DNA of 64,000 nt, taken from NCBI GenBank assembly GCA_002269645.1, contig NIVC01001713.1, positions 182,675-246,674 of the forward strand, in the 5' to 3' direction. This document shows, piece by piece, positions 12,601 to 24,580 of this stretch (the first letter of the stretch is position 1; the number at the start of each line of letters is the position of its first letter). This DNA is from Macrostomum lignano (taxonomy: Eukaryota). Below the pieces are notes generated by a model. That model ran no database searches. It saw nothing but the letters and a program-made list of their open reading frames with translations, and was not told the origin of the DNA. A program made the translations under genes and the position numbers.

Positions 12601-15600
12601 CGATTCTCATGGCCTAGCCCATTATCCCATTCTGTGCAGCCAGTTAAACTCTTCCCGATTCTCATAGCCTATCCCACCACCCCATTCTGTGCAGCCAGTT
12701 GAACCTCTCCCGATTCTCATGGCCTAGCCCATTATCCCATTCTGTGCAGCCAGTTAAACTCTTCCCGATTCTCATAGCCTAGCCCACCACCCCATTCTGT
12801 GCAGCCAGTTGAACCCCTCCCGATTCTCATAGCCTAGCCTACCACCCCATTCTGTGCAGCCAGTTAAACTCTTCCCGATTCTCATAGCCTAGCCCACCAC
12901 CCCATTCTGTGCAGCCAGTTGAACCCCTCCCGATTCTCATAGCCTAGCCTACCACCCCATTCTGTGCAGCCAGTTAAACTCTTCCCGATTCTCATAGCCT
13001 ATCCCACCACCCCATTCTGTGCAGCCAGTTGAACCTCTCTCGATTCTCATGGCCTAGCCCATTATCCCATTCTGTGCAGCCAGTTAAACTCTTCCCGATT
13101 CTCATAACCTATCCCACCACCCCATTCTGTGCAGCCAGTTGACCCCTCAAGATTAGAAACATAAATTTCCTTTTTCATCGCCTAAAAATCTGGTCAAGCA
13201 GCTACACCCATAATTAAAGTTCAGCCAGTCCTAACCCCAGCCAGTTCACGGTACAGCAGCCTGCCCGTGGACCAGTGAGTGGGGCTGGGGGCAGCTGGGG
13301 AGCAGCTAGCGTTGCTCAGCAGGGCGGCGCCAGAAAAGTTGCCAGACAAAATCAGCCGATCCAGGGCGAGGCCAACAGATTCGATCGCATCGACCGTTCG
13401 AACCTCCAGACTCTGCGGCGGGGAGTGCAGTAACGCTAATGTACTATTATGAGTATAATTGTAAGATAAAATAAGCAACAAAGAAAAATTAGATTTGAAA
13501 AATCCCAGTAACAAAGTTTATTTAGTCTCTTAACGTCTGGTGACATAGAATAAAACTAGGCAAAAATACGAAGAACAACACGTCAATACTGTGGGTTCCT
13601 TCGGCTAAACTTGAGATTGGGATGAAGGAATAGAAGGAATTTTCCTATCGTGGTGGGAACTGAGAGAGAGAGAGAGAGAGAGAGAACTGGGAAGGTTGTG
13701 CCCGCTGTCAAGTGCACCGATTGCTATTGGGCAATGGAGCTCTAAGTCCGTTGTCTGGAGAGGGAAAGTTGCTTATCTGTTTCTGTAAGGTTTGCTAGTG
13801 GCAATGTAAAAATACATGCAATTTTTGTAGCAAAAATATTTGGGTCACATCAAAATGTGAGCCCAAAATCAAATCTTGACTTTTCTCCCTTACTCTCCCC
13901 TTCCTTCTCCCCAACCCTCTCCTCCCTTCTGCCCAACCCTCTCCTCCCTTCTCCCCTGCCCTCTCCTCCCTTCTCCCCTGCCCTCTCCTCCCTTCTCCCC
14001 AACCCTCTCCTCCCTTCTCCCCTGCCCTCTCCTCCCTTCTCCCTGCCCTCTCCTCCCTTCTCCCCAACCCTCTCCTCCCTTCTCCCCTGCTTTCCCTCCC
14101 TTCTCCCCAACCCTCTCCTCCCTTCTCCCCAACCCTCTCCTCCCTTCTCCCCTGCTTTCCCTCCCTTCTCCCCAACCCTCTCCTCCCTTCTCCCCTGCCC
14201 TCTCCTCCCTTCTCCCCTGCTTTCCCTCCCTTCTCCCCAACCCTCTCCTCCCTTCTCCCCAACCCTCTCCTCCCTTCTCTCCTGCCCTCCCTCCCTTCTC
14301 TCCTGCCCTCCCTCCCTTCTCTCCTGCCCTCCCTCCCTTCTCTCCTGCCCTCTCCTCCCTTCTCCCCTGCCCTCCCTCCCTTCTCTCCTGCCCTCCCTCC
14401 CTTCTCTCCTGCCCTCTCCTCCCTTCTCTCCTGCTCTCCCTCCCTTCTTCCCAATCCTCTCCATCCATCTCCCCTATGAATCTTATTCGTTTCCTCTCCA
14501 GATTTCAGGTCCCCAGTACTCCATGGTCAGTCCGGGCTCTCAATATAGAGGCAGCAAAGCTTACAATTAAATTCCCCCCTTCCCCCCCCCCCCCCAGTTT
14601 CATCAGCTCTCTTCCGCCACTCTCTGATATGTATATGCAAGTTCTTCAACAGGCCATGAACCGCAGCAGCCTGTTTGCACTCTCAGGAAAGCTAGCAGAA
14701 GCAGAAGAAATCAAAATGGCAGTTTTGCAACAAGATCCTCTGAGATTCTCTCTCTGCAGTCGCTACTCCATCGATTCCCACTGGAGGGAACAGTGCTACA
14801 GGTCTGAGGTTATCCCAGCTGAACGCTAGAAAACAGGAGGACCCATAAAAAGAGCATTTTTGATTTTCTGTTTATGGCTTCCTAGATTTCTAGACCCCAT
14901 CCAAGTTGGCCACCTCTATTATCGCGGATTAACCAACCGCAATAAATGAGCACTTTCGTAGGGCGAAAATCCATTTGTTAGCACTATAGAGAATTTGTTT
15001 GGCAGCAAATCCCCTGGGGATAAACTCGCTGATCTGCCATTATCCTTTTCGCACCTTGTCCTGAACGGTTTCTGTATGCCTGAGGAAACCCCCAAATCTG
15101 AGTGCTAAGGCGCATATTTTTGCAGTTCGTGACGTAGAGGAGGCTTGAGTGAGTCACGGCACTGATAAGTGAACTGTGTTGAGTGAGTCACGGCACTGAT
15201 AGGTGAACTGTGTTGAGTGAGTCACGGCACTGACAGGTGAACTGTGTTGAGTGAGTCACGGCACTGACAGGTGAACTGTGTTGAGTGAGTCACGGCACTG
15301 ATAAGTGAACTGTGTTGAGTGAGTCACGGCACTGACAGGTGAACTGTGTTGAGTGAGTCACGGCACTGATAAGTGAACTGTATTGAGTGAGTCACGGCAC
15401 TGAGAGGTGAACTGTGTTGAGTGAGTCACGGCACTGATAAGCGAACTGTATTGAATGAGTCACGGCACTGATAAGTGAACTGTATTGAGTGAGTCACGGC
15501 ACTGACAGGTGAACACATTTGTATGCTACGAAAAGTCAATGTAAACTTTCTCATACGATTGTAAGCATAGTTGAATATATTGATATAATATTGTTTTGAA

Positions 15601-18600
15601 TTTTTGTGTAAAAGCAAAGATGTAGAGGTGTACACCTGCCGGCCCAGTTCTGCAAAATCTATGAAGTTTACATTTCAATATACCAACTGCCGGCCGCTCT
15701 ATAGGCTAATCCCATGCTAATCTGGCACCCACACTGCATGCACGGATACCAAAATTCTGTGAATAAATTCTAGACTTAAAACAATTTACGACGCCGCCCG
15801 CTCAACTCCAGGGTAGTCAAAATCCAACCCATTGTTAAGCTTGGGCCGGCTATTAATAAATGCGCTCAACAGCATCCTGTTTGTCAATATAGATAGAGAC
15901 TAACGACCAGGTTTAATTAGCTGTCTATGCTAATTAGCGCAGTTCAACTGCCGTTTGAAAGCAGGAATGATTCTCGTTTCAGATACTATATCAGTTACCC
16001 TGATCCCCATTCTACTTAAATCCTATGAACGGAAATTCCTAATCTACCTTGATGCCCAATCTACCTTAATCCCCAATCTATCTTGATCCCCAATCTATCT
16101 TGATCCCCAATCTACCTTGATCCCCAATCTATCTTGATCCCCAATCTACCTTGATCCCCAATCTACCTTGATCCCCAATCTACCTTGATCCCCAATCTAC
16201 CTTGATCCCCAATCTATCTTGATCCCCAATCTATCTTGATCCCCAATCTACCTTGATCCCCAATCTACCTTGATCCCCAATCTACCTTGATCTCCAATCT
16301 ACCTTGATCCCCAATCTATCTTGATCCCCAATCTATCTTGATCACCAATCTACCTTGATCCCCAATCTACCTTGATCCCCAATCTACCTTGATCCCCAAT
16401 CTACCTTGATCTCCAATCTACCTTGATCCCCAATCTATCTTGATCCCCAATCTACCTTGATCCCCAATCTACATTGATCCCCAATCTACATTGATCCCCA
16501 TAAACAGCAATCCCCAATCTACATTGATCCCCATAAACAGCAATCCTCAATCTACCTTGATCCCCATCGGTGAGCAGTCGGGGAAGACATCCAGCGCCCC
16601 AGCCGGGCAGTTCCCGTTGCCATCCAAGCCGAAGGTGCCGCCCCTCGCTAGCAGCAGGTTAACATTGGGTCTGGCCGCGGGAGACGCCAGCAGGTCGGCG
16701 GGAGTCAGCCCGGTGTCCAGCACCAACCAGAAGTAGTTCTGCTGCAGCAGGCCAGGCGCAGTCGCCGCCGCAGTCGCCAAGACTTGTCGCAGTTCCGCCG
16801 GAGACAGCAGGGTGACAATGTGGCGAATCTTGGCTGACTGGGACAGCTGCGCCAGCTGCTGCTGCTGCCGCGGTCCACTCTGTATGAGCAGACTGAAGCT
16901 GCTGATGCCGCCTCCGGTGAGTCTGAGCAGCAGCTGCTCAACTACACTGATGTCTGCCATGCGGATTTTCAGATATGGGATGCAGATTATCAGGTATGGG
17001 ATATGGATTATCAGATATGGAATGCGGATTACCATATATGGGATTTTCGGATATGGGATGCGGATTATCAAATTTAAAAAACCTGAGGAATTAAAAAAAT
17101 CAATTTTTTTTCAATATACATGTAAGCATAAGAGTTCATATTCTAGAATTGAGAGCATATACGAGCTACGACTATACGCAAAGGCATCAAATTAACAAAA
17201 TTATCTCACCCTGATTTCGATCGAACAGAACAGCGGCCTCGGATGCTCCGGCAGACAGCAGAGCAGCCAGGGTCGCTTCGATGAAGTCATCGCTCTGCTG
17301 ACTGCCAACCAGCCCCAGGCCTGCGGAGCGGGCGGCGCGGTGGCGATGAGTTGAGTGACATGAGGAGTGACAGGTTGTGGGTGGGAGTGACAGGTTGTGG
17401 GTGGGAGTGACAGGTTGTGGGTGGGAGTGACAGGTTGTGGGTGGGAGTGACAGGTTGTGGGTGGGAGTGACAGGTTGTGGGTAGGAGTGACAGGTTGTGG
17501 GTGGGAGTGACAGGTTGTGGGTGGGAGTGACAGGTTGTGGGTGGGAGTGACAGGGTGTGGGTGGGAGTGACAGGTTGTGGGTGGGAGTGACAGGTTGTGG
17601 GTGGGAGTGACAGGGTGTGGGTGGGAGTGACAGGTTGTGGGTGGGAGTGACAGGTTGTGGGTGGGAGTGACAGGTTGTGGGTGGGAGTGACAGGTTGTGG
17701 GTGGGAGTGACAGGGTGTGGGTGGGAGTGACAGGTTGTGGGTGGGAGTGACAGGTTGTGGGTGGGAGTGACAGGTTGTGGGTGGGAGTGAAAGGTTGTGG
17801 GTGGGAGTGACAGGTTGTGGGTGGGAGTGACAGGTTGTGGGTGGGAGTGACAGGGTGTGGGTGGGAGTGACAGGTTGTGGGTGGGAGTGACAGGTTGTGG
17901 GTGGGAGTGACAGGGTGTGGGTGGGAGTGACAGGTTGTGGGTGGGAGTGACAGGTTGTGGGTGGGAGTGACAGGGTGTGGGTGGGAGTGACAGGTTGTGG
18001 GTGGGAGTGACAGGTTGTGGGTGGGAGTGACAGGTTGTGGGTGGGAGTGACAGGTTGTGGGTGGGAGTGACAGGTTGTGGGTGGGAGTGACAGGGTGTGG
18101 CTGGGAGAGTGACAGGACAGGGTGTGGCTGGGAGAGTGACAGGACAGGGTGTGGCTGGGAGAGTGACAGGACAGGGTGTGGCTGGGAGAGTGACAGGACG
18201 GTTGTGGCTGGGAGAGTGACAGGACAGGGTGTGGCTGGGAGAGTGACAGGACAGGGTGTGGCTGGGAGAGTGACAGGACGGTTGTGGCTGGGAGAGTGAC
18301 AGGACGGTTGTGGCTGGGAGAGTGACAGGACGGTTGTGGCTGGGAGAGTGACAGGACAGGGTGTGGCTGGGAGAGTGACAGGACAGGGTGTGGCTGGGAG
18401 AGTGACAGGACGGTTGTGGCTGGGAGAGTGACAGGACGGTTGTGGCTGGGAGAGTGACAGGACGGTTGTGGCTGGGAGAGTGACAGGACAGGGTGTGGCT
18501 GGGAGAGTGACAGGACAGGGTGTGGCTGGGAGAGTGACAGGACAGGGTGTGGCTGGGAGAGTGACAGGACGGTTGTGGCTGGGGACGCAGGAATGTTTGA

Positions 18601-20780
18601 TAAGTTGTTTTTCAAAAGTTGGCTTCAAGGCGCACCGGTCGCCACGTCCTGACGGCAGAGGCCGCTGGGCACCCCGATGAAGGGCACCGACATGGAGTTG
18701 GCCGCCCTGTTGAGTTCGTTGAGCAAGCAGCAGCTGCCAACTCCTACGATCGCTGATGTTGGCGTTGAATTTGAGCACACTGCGGGAGTGGGAGGTGGGA
18801 CTTTGAGTTTCGGGTGAGATTTTTTAGACTGTGAGAGTCTGGGGTGAGATGTTTTAGACTGAGAGAGTCTGGGGTAAGATTGTTTAGACTTTGAGAGTCT
18901 GGGGTGAGATTCTTTAGACTGAGAGAGTCTGGGGTAAGATTGTTTAGACTGTGAGAGTCTGGGGTGAGATTGTTTAGACTGTGAGAGTCTGGGGTGAGAT
19001 TCTTTAGATTGAGAGAGTCTGGGGTGAGATTGTTTAGACTATGAGAGTCTGAGGTGAGATTGTTTAGACTTGAGAGTCTGGGTGAGATTCTTTAGACTGT
19101 GAGAGTTTGGGGTAAGATTGGTTAGACTGTGAGAGTCTGGGGTGAGTTTATTTAGACTGTGAGAGCCTGAGGTGAGATTCTTTAGACTGTGAGAGTCTGG
19201 GGTGAGATGCTTTAGACTGTGAGAGTCTGGGGTGAGCTTTTTTAGACTGTGAGAGTCTGGGTGAGATGCTTTAGACTGTGAGAGTCTGGGGTGAGATTTT
19301 TTAGACTGTGAGAGTCTGAGGTGAGATTGTTTAGACTGTGAGAGTCTGAGGTGAGATTGTTTAGACTGTGAGAGCCTGAGATGAGATTCTTTACACTGTG
19401 AGAGTCTGGGGTGAGATTCTTTAGACTTTGAGAGTCTGGAGTGAGATTCTTTTGACTCTGAGAGTTTAGGGTAAGATTGGTTAGACTGTGAGAGTTTGTC
19501 GTAAGATTGGTTAGACTGTGATAGTCTGAGGTGAGATTCTTTAGACTGTGAGAGTCTGAGGTGAGATTCTTTAGACTGTGAGAGTCTGAGGTGAGATTCT
19601 TTAGACTTGAGAGTCTGGGTGAGCTTTTTTAGACTGTGAGAGTCTGGAGTAAGATTGTTTAGACTGTGAGAGCCTGAGATGAGATTCTTTAGACTGTGAG
19701 AGTCTGGGGTGAGATTCTTTAGACTGTGAGAGTTTGGGGTGAGATTGTTTAGACTGTGAGAGTCTGAGGTAAGATTGTTTAGACTGTGAGAGTCTGGGGT
19801 GAGATTGTTTAGACTGTGAGAGTCTGGGGTGAGATTCTTTAGACTGTGAGAGCCTGAGATGAGATTGTTTAGACTGTGAGAGTCTGGGGTGAGATTCTTT
19901 AGACTGTGGGAGTCTGGAGTGAGATTGTTTAGACTGTGAGATCCTGAGGTGAGATTCTTTAGACTGTGAGAGTCTGGAGTGAGATTCTTTTGACTGTGAG
20001 AGTTTGGGGTAGGATTGGTTAGACTGTGAGAGTCTGAAGTTAGATTCTTTAGACTGTGAGAGTCTGAGGTGAGATGCTTTAGACTGTGAGAGTCTGGGGT
20101 GAGATTGTTTAGACTGTGAGAGTCTGGGGTGAGATTCTTTAGACTGTGGGAGTCTGGAGTGAGATTGTTTAGACTGTGAGATCCTGAGGTGAGATTCTTT
20201 AGACTGTGAGAGTCTGGAGTGAGATTCTTTTGACTGTGAGAGTTTGGGGTAGGATTGGTTAGACTGTGAGAGTCTGAAGTTAGATTCTTTAGACTGTGAG
20301 AGTCTGAGGTGAGATGCTTTAGACTGTGAGAGTCTGAGGTAAGATTGTTTAGACTGTGAGAGCCTGAGATAAGATTCTTTAGACTGTGAGAGTCTGGGGT
20401 GAGATTCTTTAGACTGTGAGAGTCTGGAGTGAGATTGTTTAGACTGTGAGAGCCTGAGGTGAGATTCTTTAGACTGTGAGAGTCTGAGGTGAGATGCTTT
20501 AGACTGTGAGAGTCTGGGAGAGTGAGAACAGCTGTGTCCACTCACCAGCGCCGCTCATGACCAGCGTGTCGTTGCCCTCCACCAAGCTGTAGGTCATTCG
20601 GTGCCCATTCAGCAGGCGCCAATTGTCGTTAACTCGTCGCTTCACCGACCTGTCAATCAGACTTTCGCTCACCAGAGAATTCTCCACGACAACTGACAGG
20701 TGAAAGTCTATGGCCGAACTTGGCTTGATGCTGAGCGCAAGCAGCAGGGCTGGAAGAAGAAGTCTTATAAGCAGAGCCAT
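3666..20780 (-). CDS. Divergent ionotropic glutamate receptor / IR-like ligand-gated ion channel with amino-terminal domain, 12 exons, 854 aa
   Basis: Exons 20780-20546, 18779-18636, 17320-17210, 16953-16556, 13412-13236, 11842-11579, 9708-9602, 9530-9437, 7940-7523, 5911-5706, 5552-5389, 3912-3666. All are GT-AG with compatible phases and sum to 2565 nt (855 codons including TGA). Signal peptide MALLIRLLLPALLLALS; ATD-like AIVGVGS...SVPFIG; S1 SDDGLWG and SRSRVVDFG; M1 PLHPETWLAVL; M2 SFLQQG; M3 IYGAYTGDLTSAL; S2 PRGTT and CGFAYPKN; M4 GVGGALIITG...ACELVW. The 16556 and 13236 donors are weak and less certain. Confidence 0.9.
4735..5388. repeat. 20-bp minisatellite in the last iGluR intron
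   Basis: CACAACTCAYTCCCCATTCA / CACAACTCAGTCTCCATTCA units running up to the donor at 5388. Confidence 0.95.
6070..6745. repeat. Polypyrimidine (CT-rich) low-complexity tract
   Basis: CTCTCTCTCCTCTCCCC and CTCTTCATCTCCTCTCCCC units. Confidence 0.95.
7068..7526. repeat. About 28-32 bp minisatellite containing the exon-9 donor junction
   Basis: CACTCACCGGTGTGCTGTCAGCTCCCTT, which reads AAGGGAGCTGACAGCACACCG|GTGAGTG on the minus strand. Confidence 0.95.
7958..8490. repeat. 12-bp minisatellite followed by an 11-bp repeat
   Basis: (CTATGCCAGACT)n to about 8400, then (ATCCAGCATCT)n. Confidence 0.95.
8490..9402. repeat. (AATCTC)n hexamer satellite, about 900 bp
   Basis: Directly visible, with AACCTC and AATCCC variants. 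Confidence 0.97.
9765..11537. repeat. 20/25-bp minisatellite with higher-order blocks
   Basis: CATCAGTAGGGTGTCAGAAT and CATCACATCAGTAGGGTGTCAGGAA variants. Confidence 0.97.
11955..13145. repeat. 55-bp minisatellite (about 21 units)
   Basis: CCCATTCTGTGCAGCCAGTTGAACCTCTCCCGATTCTCATAGCCTAGCCCACCAC. Confidence 0.97.
13885..14465. repeat. Polypyrimidine minisatellite (about 22-bp units)
   Basis: CCCTCTCCTCCCTTCTCCCCAA/TG; a short (GA)n run also occurs near 13660-13685. Confidence 0.95.
15147..15515. repeat. 34-bp minisatellite (about 11 units)
   Basis: GAGTGAGTCACGGCACTGAYARGTGAACTGTGTT; period 34 (15147 to 15181). Confidence 0.95.
16045..16570. repeat. 17-bp minisatellite containing the exon-4 donor junction
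   Basis: GATCCCCAATCTACCTT, which reads GGGGATCAAG|GTAGATT on the minus strand. Confidence 0.95.
17360..18590. repeat. Compound G-rich minisatellite: 20-bp array then 27-bp array
   Basis: GTGACAGGTTGTGGGTGGGA to about 18095, then GTGACAGGACAGGGTGTGGCTGGGAGA. Confidence 0.97.
18800..20520. repeat. 30-bp minisatellite filling iGluR intron 1
   Basis: GAGATTCTTTAGACTGTGAGAGTCTGGGGT; an internal 240-bp block is duplicated (19921 vs 20161). Confidence 0.97.
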
Positions 20781-21342
20781 TAGCAGAGCAGCTCCCTGTT
20801 GAAATGAGAAATGGTCTCAAGGCGGCAGACACCTCGCTTCAAAAGAGCGACTTGATTTATACGCACTAGACAGGGGACCCTGCATGCACGCCATTGGTTG
20901 GGGTTTCGGGTGCCTATTAAACCAAAATTGATACTCATTGGTGCTCTAATAAGAAATTATGACTATTGGTTGGGTAAGATGCCAGCTAAATTCGCAGCAG
21001 GGTGTCCATAGTCACCTGGTGCCACCTGTTGAAGGTCCAGAAGCTCCGTCTGGGTGAAGCCGAGTAAGCAACAAAGTCAGAGCTGATGCAGACACGGGGT
21101 TCGACGTGCTGATGAAATTTGGAGGCTTGGCAAGGCTGCACTGAGGTGCATTGCTGATTGGCGCTCAGGGGTGTATTGAATACACTGGCGCTTATGGGAA
21201 AAATCCGACCTTCTGGCAGAATGTGCTGGCAGTTGGTTTTTGGTTGCGAAGGTGAGTAGCGAAAAAGCCAGTGGATAAAAGTTTCCGATGCAACGGGAGT
21301 AAAAATATCGCATGCAAACAGTGTTCAAGCTTACTCGTATAA

Positions 21343-21715
21343 AGTCTAATCTAGTCTAGTCTAGTTCTAATCTAGTCTAGTTCTAGTCTAATCTAGTCTA
21401 GTCTAATCTAGTCTAGTTCTAGTCTAGTCTAATCTAGTCTAGTCTAGTTCTAGTCTAGTCTAATCTAGTCTAGTCTAGTTCTAATCTAGACTAGTTCTTA
21501 TTTTAGTCTAATCTAGTATAGTATAGTTCTAATCCAGTCTAGTTCTAGTCTAGTCTAATCTAGTCTAGTCTAGTTCTAGTCTAGTCTAATCTAGTCTAGT
21601 CTAGTTCTAATCTAGACTAGTTCTTATTTTAGTCTAATCTAGTATAGTATAGTTCTAATCTAGTCTAGTTCTAGTCTAGTCTAATCTAGTATAGTCTAGT
21701 TCTAATCTAGTCTAG
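21343..21715. repeat. (TCTAG)-based 5/6-bp repeat array
   Basis: TCTAGTCTAGTTCTAA-type units upstream of the iGluR start. Confidence 0.92.
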
Positions 21716-22404
21716 AAACCTCTGCGGGAAAACTTCCTGCGGGAAATTCTCATGATCCCGGACAGTTGCATTCTGGCTAGTGTCATTTGTCTTCGCTGGT
21801 TCTTGATAGAATTTCCATTATATCTCTATCTTATGAGTAGTTAGGCCAGGTAAAATACACGTAAATTCCGGTTCAAAACTGAAGTTGAAGCTGCCAGTTT
21901 CGCGTTATATTTCACTGTTAATTTTAGCTGTAATTTCAACCTCACTGTAAACTGGATCCCGGAGTATTCTCTCGATGATGGAGTCTGGACAATTTGCATT
22001 GCGAAGTCTCACATTGTCTGTAGATTGTCTTCCGCGCGTACGAGCCGAATACTGTAGGGAGAAACGGGAGGATATTAGATTTCCATCAGTTATGTTGATG
22101 AAGGCAAAAGGCTTTGTGTTTTGCATTGTGAATTTGTGATTGACCGCTGGCAAATGACAGGGCTGATGATGAAGAACGAGTACAGGTCGGACGTTTGATA
22201 AATGCAAATCGAATGCGATTTTTCGGGGGATTTTTTGCGATTTTCCGAGTTATTCAATCCCCATCCATGCAAAGCTTTGACATGCTGCAAGATTGACAAC
22301 CCAGCGTCTTTTGCTTTGCAATCTTAAAGATTGACAAATATTATTCATCACTTTGAGATCCTCAAGCTTCAAATTTCCTCAACTCATAATCACTGCTCAT
22401 AAGG

Positions 22405-23130
22405 CTTTAGATGCCCCGAAAATTCACAATCCACAGCTCCACAATCCTCCCAGCTTCACGATATCCTTAGCTTCACAATCCCCACAGCTTCACAATCCCT
22501 ACAGCTTCACAATCCCTACAGCTTCACAATCCCCACAGCTCCACAATCCTCCCAGCTTCACGATATCCTTAGCTTCACAATCCCCACAGCTTCACAATCC
22601 TCACAGCTTCACAATCCCCACAGCTTCACAATCCCTACAGCTTAACAATCCCCACAGCTTCACAATCCCTACAGCTTAACAATCCCTACAGCTTAACAAT
22701 CCTCACAGCTTCACAATCCCCACAGCTTCACAATCCTCACAGCTTAACAATCCCCACAGCTTCACAATCCTCCCAGCTTCACGATATCCTTAGCTTCACA
22801 ATCCCCACAGCTTCACAATCCCTACAGCTTAACAATCCCCACAGCTTCACAATCCCTACAGCTTAACAATCCCTACAGCTTAACAATCCTCACAGCTTCA
22901 CAATCCCCACAGCTTCACAATCCTCACAGCTTAACAATCCCCACAGCTTCACAATCCCTACAGCTTCACAATCCCCACAGCTTCACAATCCCCACAGCTT
23001 CACAATCCCCACAGCTTCACAATCCCTACAGCTTCACAATCCTCACAGCTTCACAATCCCTACAGCTTTACAATATCCCCACAGCATCACTATCCTTACA
23101 GCTTCACAATCCCCACAGCTTCACAATTCA
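22405..23130. repeat. 19-bp minisatellite
   Basis: CACAGCTTCACAATCCCCA/CCCTA variants. Confidence 0.95.
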
Positions 23131-23658
23131 CAAGCTTTATCATTTTTTTGTTAAAAATCAAGCTGCTAATTTAAACAGCCAAAACAATAAAATGAAAGAA
23201 GTCCAGAGGTGCAGATTCCAAAGGCAGGATTAGTCAATAATATGCTGCAGATTGCACTAATTAGCAATTTCTAATATAAAGTAGGCAGAGGCTCACTCAG
23301 GCTCTTCACCTGCTAAATATTTATATACTTATTTATAGGCATACACTATCTCAGAACAGGCAGTTGGCGGGCTAGCACAAACAAATATTCCATGGCGAAC
23401 AAGTAGAACAGCAAAATCAATAAAAACTTTTCATTTGTTTGCTAAAAATTGCATATTGAAAGCGGAGACACAGGACAAAGAGGCGATTCATTCGTGACAA
23501 AGAATGGTTGCGAGACCGATGATGTCTGCAACAACAAACAAATATTTATACATCTACAACAATATTGGTCAAATCAAGATTTTCGAGTGGCCCAGATCAT
23601 ATTAAATTAATCAATCATAATATAGCTAATACTGTGCAGCTAGATACTATAATAACCA

Positions 23659-24100
23659 AGATGGGTCACTAAGCCCATTTGCGTGTAAACTACTTTCATT
23701 CAGTATAGATTGTTAAAATGAGGCGTTTTTTAATCTATTTTTAAAGACAACCCGGGGGTCATTGATTGGCTCTTCAGTCTTACCCCCACCCTCTCAGCCG
23801 AACCCCTCTGCGCGTCTTTCCGCACCAAACCCCTCACCCCTCGCCCCGGCGCCCAATTTTTATTGCCACCCCCAGCTCCAGCCTAAAAAGCTGGCATGTA
23901 CAATTGTACATTTCTGTGACGCGGGCTAATGTACATTGCGGCTAAATTGACCCTATAGCAAGCTGTTTTACGTCTGCTTGCTTTCTTTCTAAACTTAATC
24001 AAATTCATTTCAGCTGCCTCTCTGCATAAAATAGCATATGTATTCTTACTGGCTACTGAACTGAAAGTAGAGAAACCGCATATTCCTAAGTGGCTTATCT
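23659..24100. mobile_element. MITE copy 1 (about 440 bp)
   Basis: Imperfect terminal inverted repeats AGATGGGTCACTAAG / CTAAGTGGCTTATCT; subterminal IR CTACTTTCATTCAGTA (23690) vs TACTGAACTGAAAGTAG (24054); colinear similarity to 46097-46505. Confidence 0.6.
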
Positions 24101-24394
24101 AATTATTATAGTTTCTGTAGATAGATTAGCGAGCGCCGCATGAATGGCATGGCCATCTAGATAAATATAAAATCAACTACTGCGGTAAGAATTAATTGGT
24201 AGCTATAATGTAGAATTAAAAAATGGGTGAATATAGAACAGGTTTTTACTAGGGGGAGGGGGGCAGGTTATGTAAAATATTGCATTAGTAAAATTAGTTA
24301 GTTTAAACTAATTCTTATTGCACATTTTTTGAGTGAGTATAAAATATATGACGAAATACATTATTGTTCGCGAGCTTTAACATTTCATAGTCAG

Positions 24395-24580
24395 TACTGA
24401 GGGGTCAGGGTCTGTGGGTCAAGATTAATGGGTCAAGACTAATGGGTCAGGGTCAAGATTATTGGGTTAGGGTCAATGGGTCAATATTAATGGTTCAGGG
24501 TCAATGGGTCAAGATTAATGGGTCAGAGTAAATGGGTCAAGATTATTGGGTCAGGGTCAATGGGTCAATGTCATGGGGTC
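24395..24580. repeat. Degenerate GGGTCAAGATTAAT repeat
   Basis: Recurrent GGGTCA(A/G) cores. Confidence 0.75.

Noticed and set aside
14590-14829. Plus-strand ORF tail MYMQVLQQ...VIPAER after a poly-C acceptor-like site, as a nested antisense gene
   Set aside because: No recognisable domain and no partner exons; probably a decayed repeat fragment.
6003-20545. Long low-complexity ORFs in the track (Leu/Ser/Pro-rich, NL/IE/RL dipeptide, PTT/HSH, DSHSLKNLT, mucin- or extensin-like)
   Set aside because: They are stop-free translations of intronic minisatellites, usually open in several frames or on both strands, and lie between exons of the iGluR model.
21000-22300. ORFs 21077-21328 and 21905-22207 as coding remnants
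   Set aside because: Short, interrupted by stops and without motifs I can identify.
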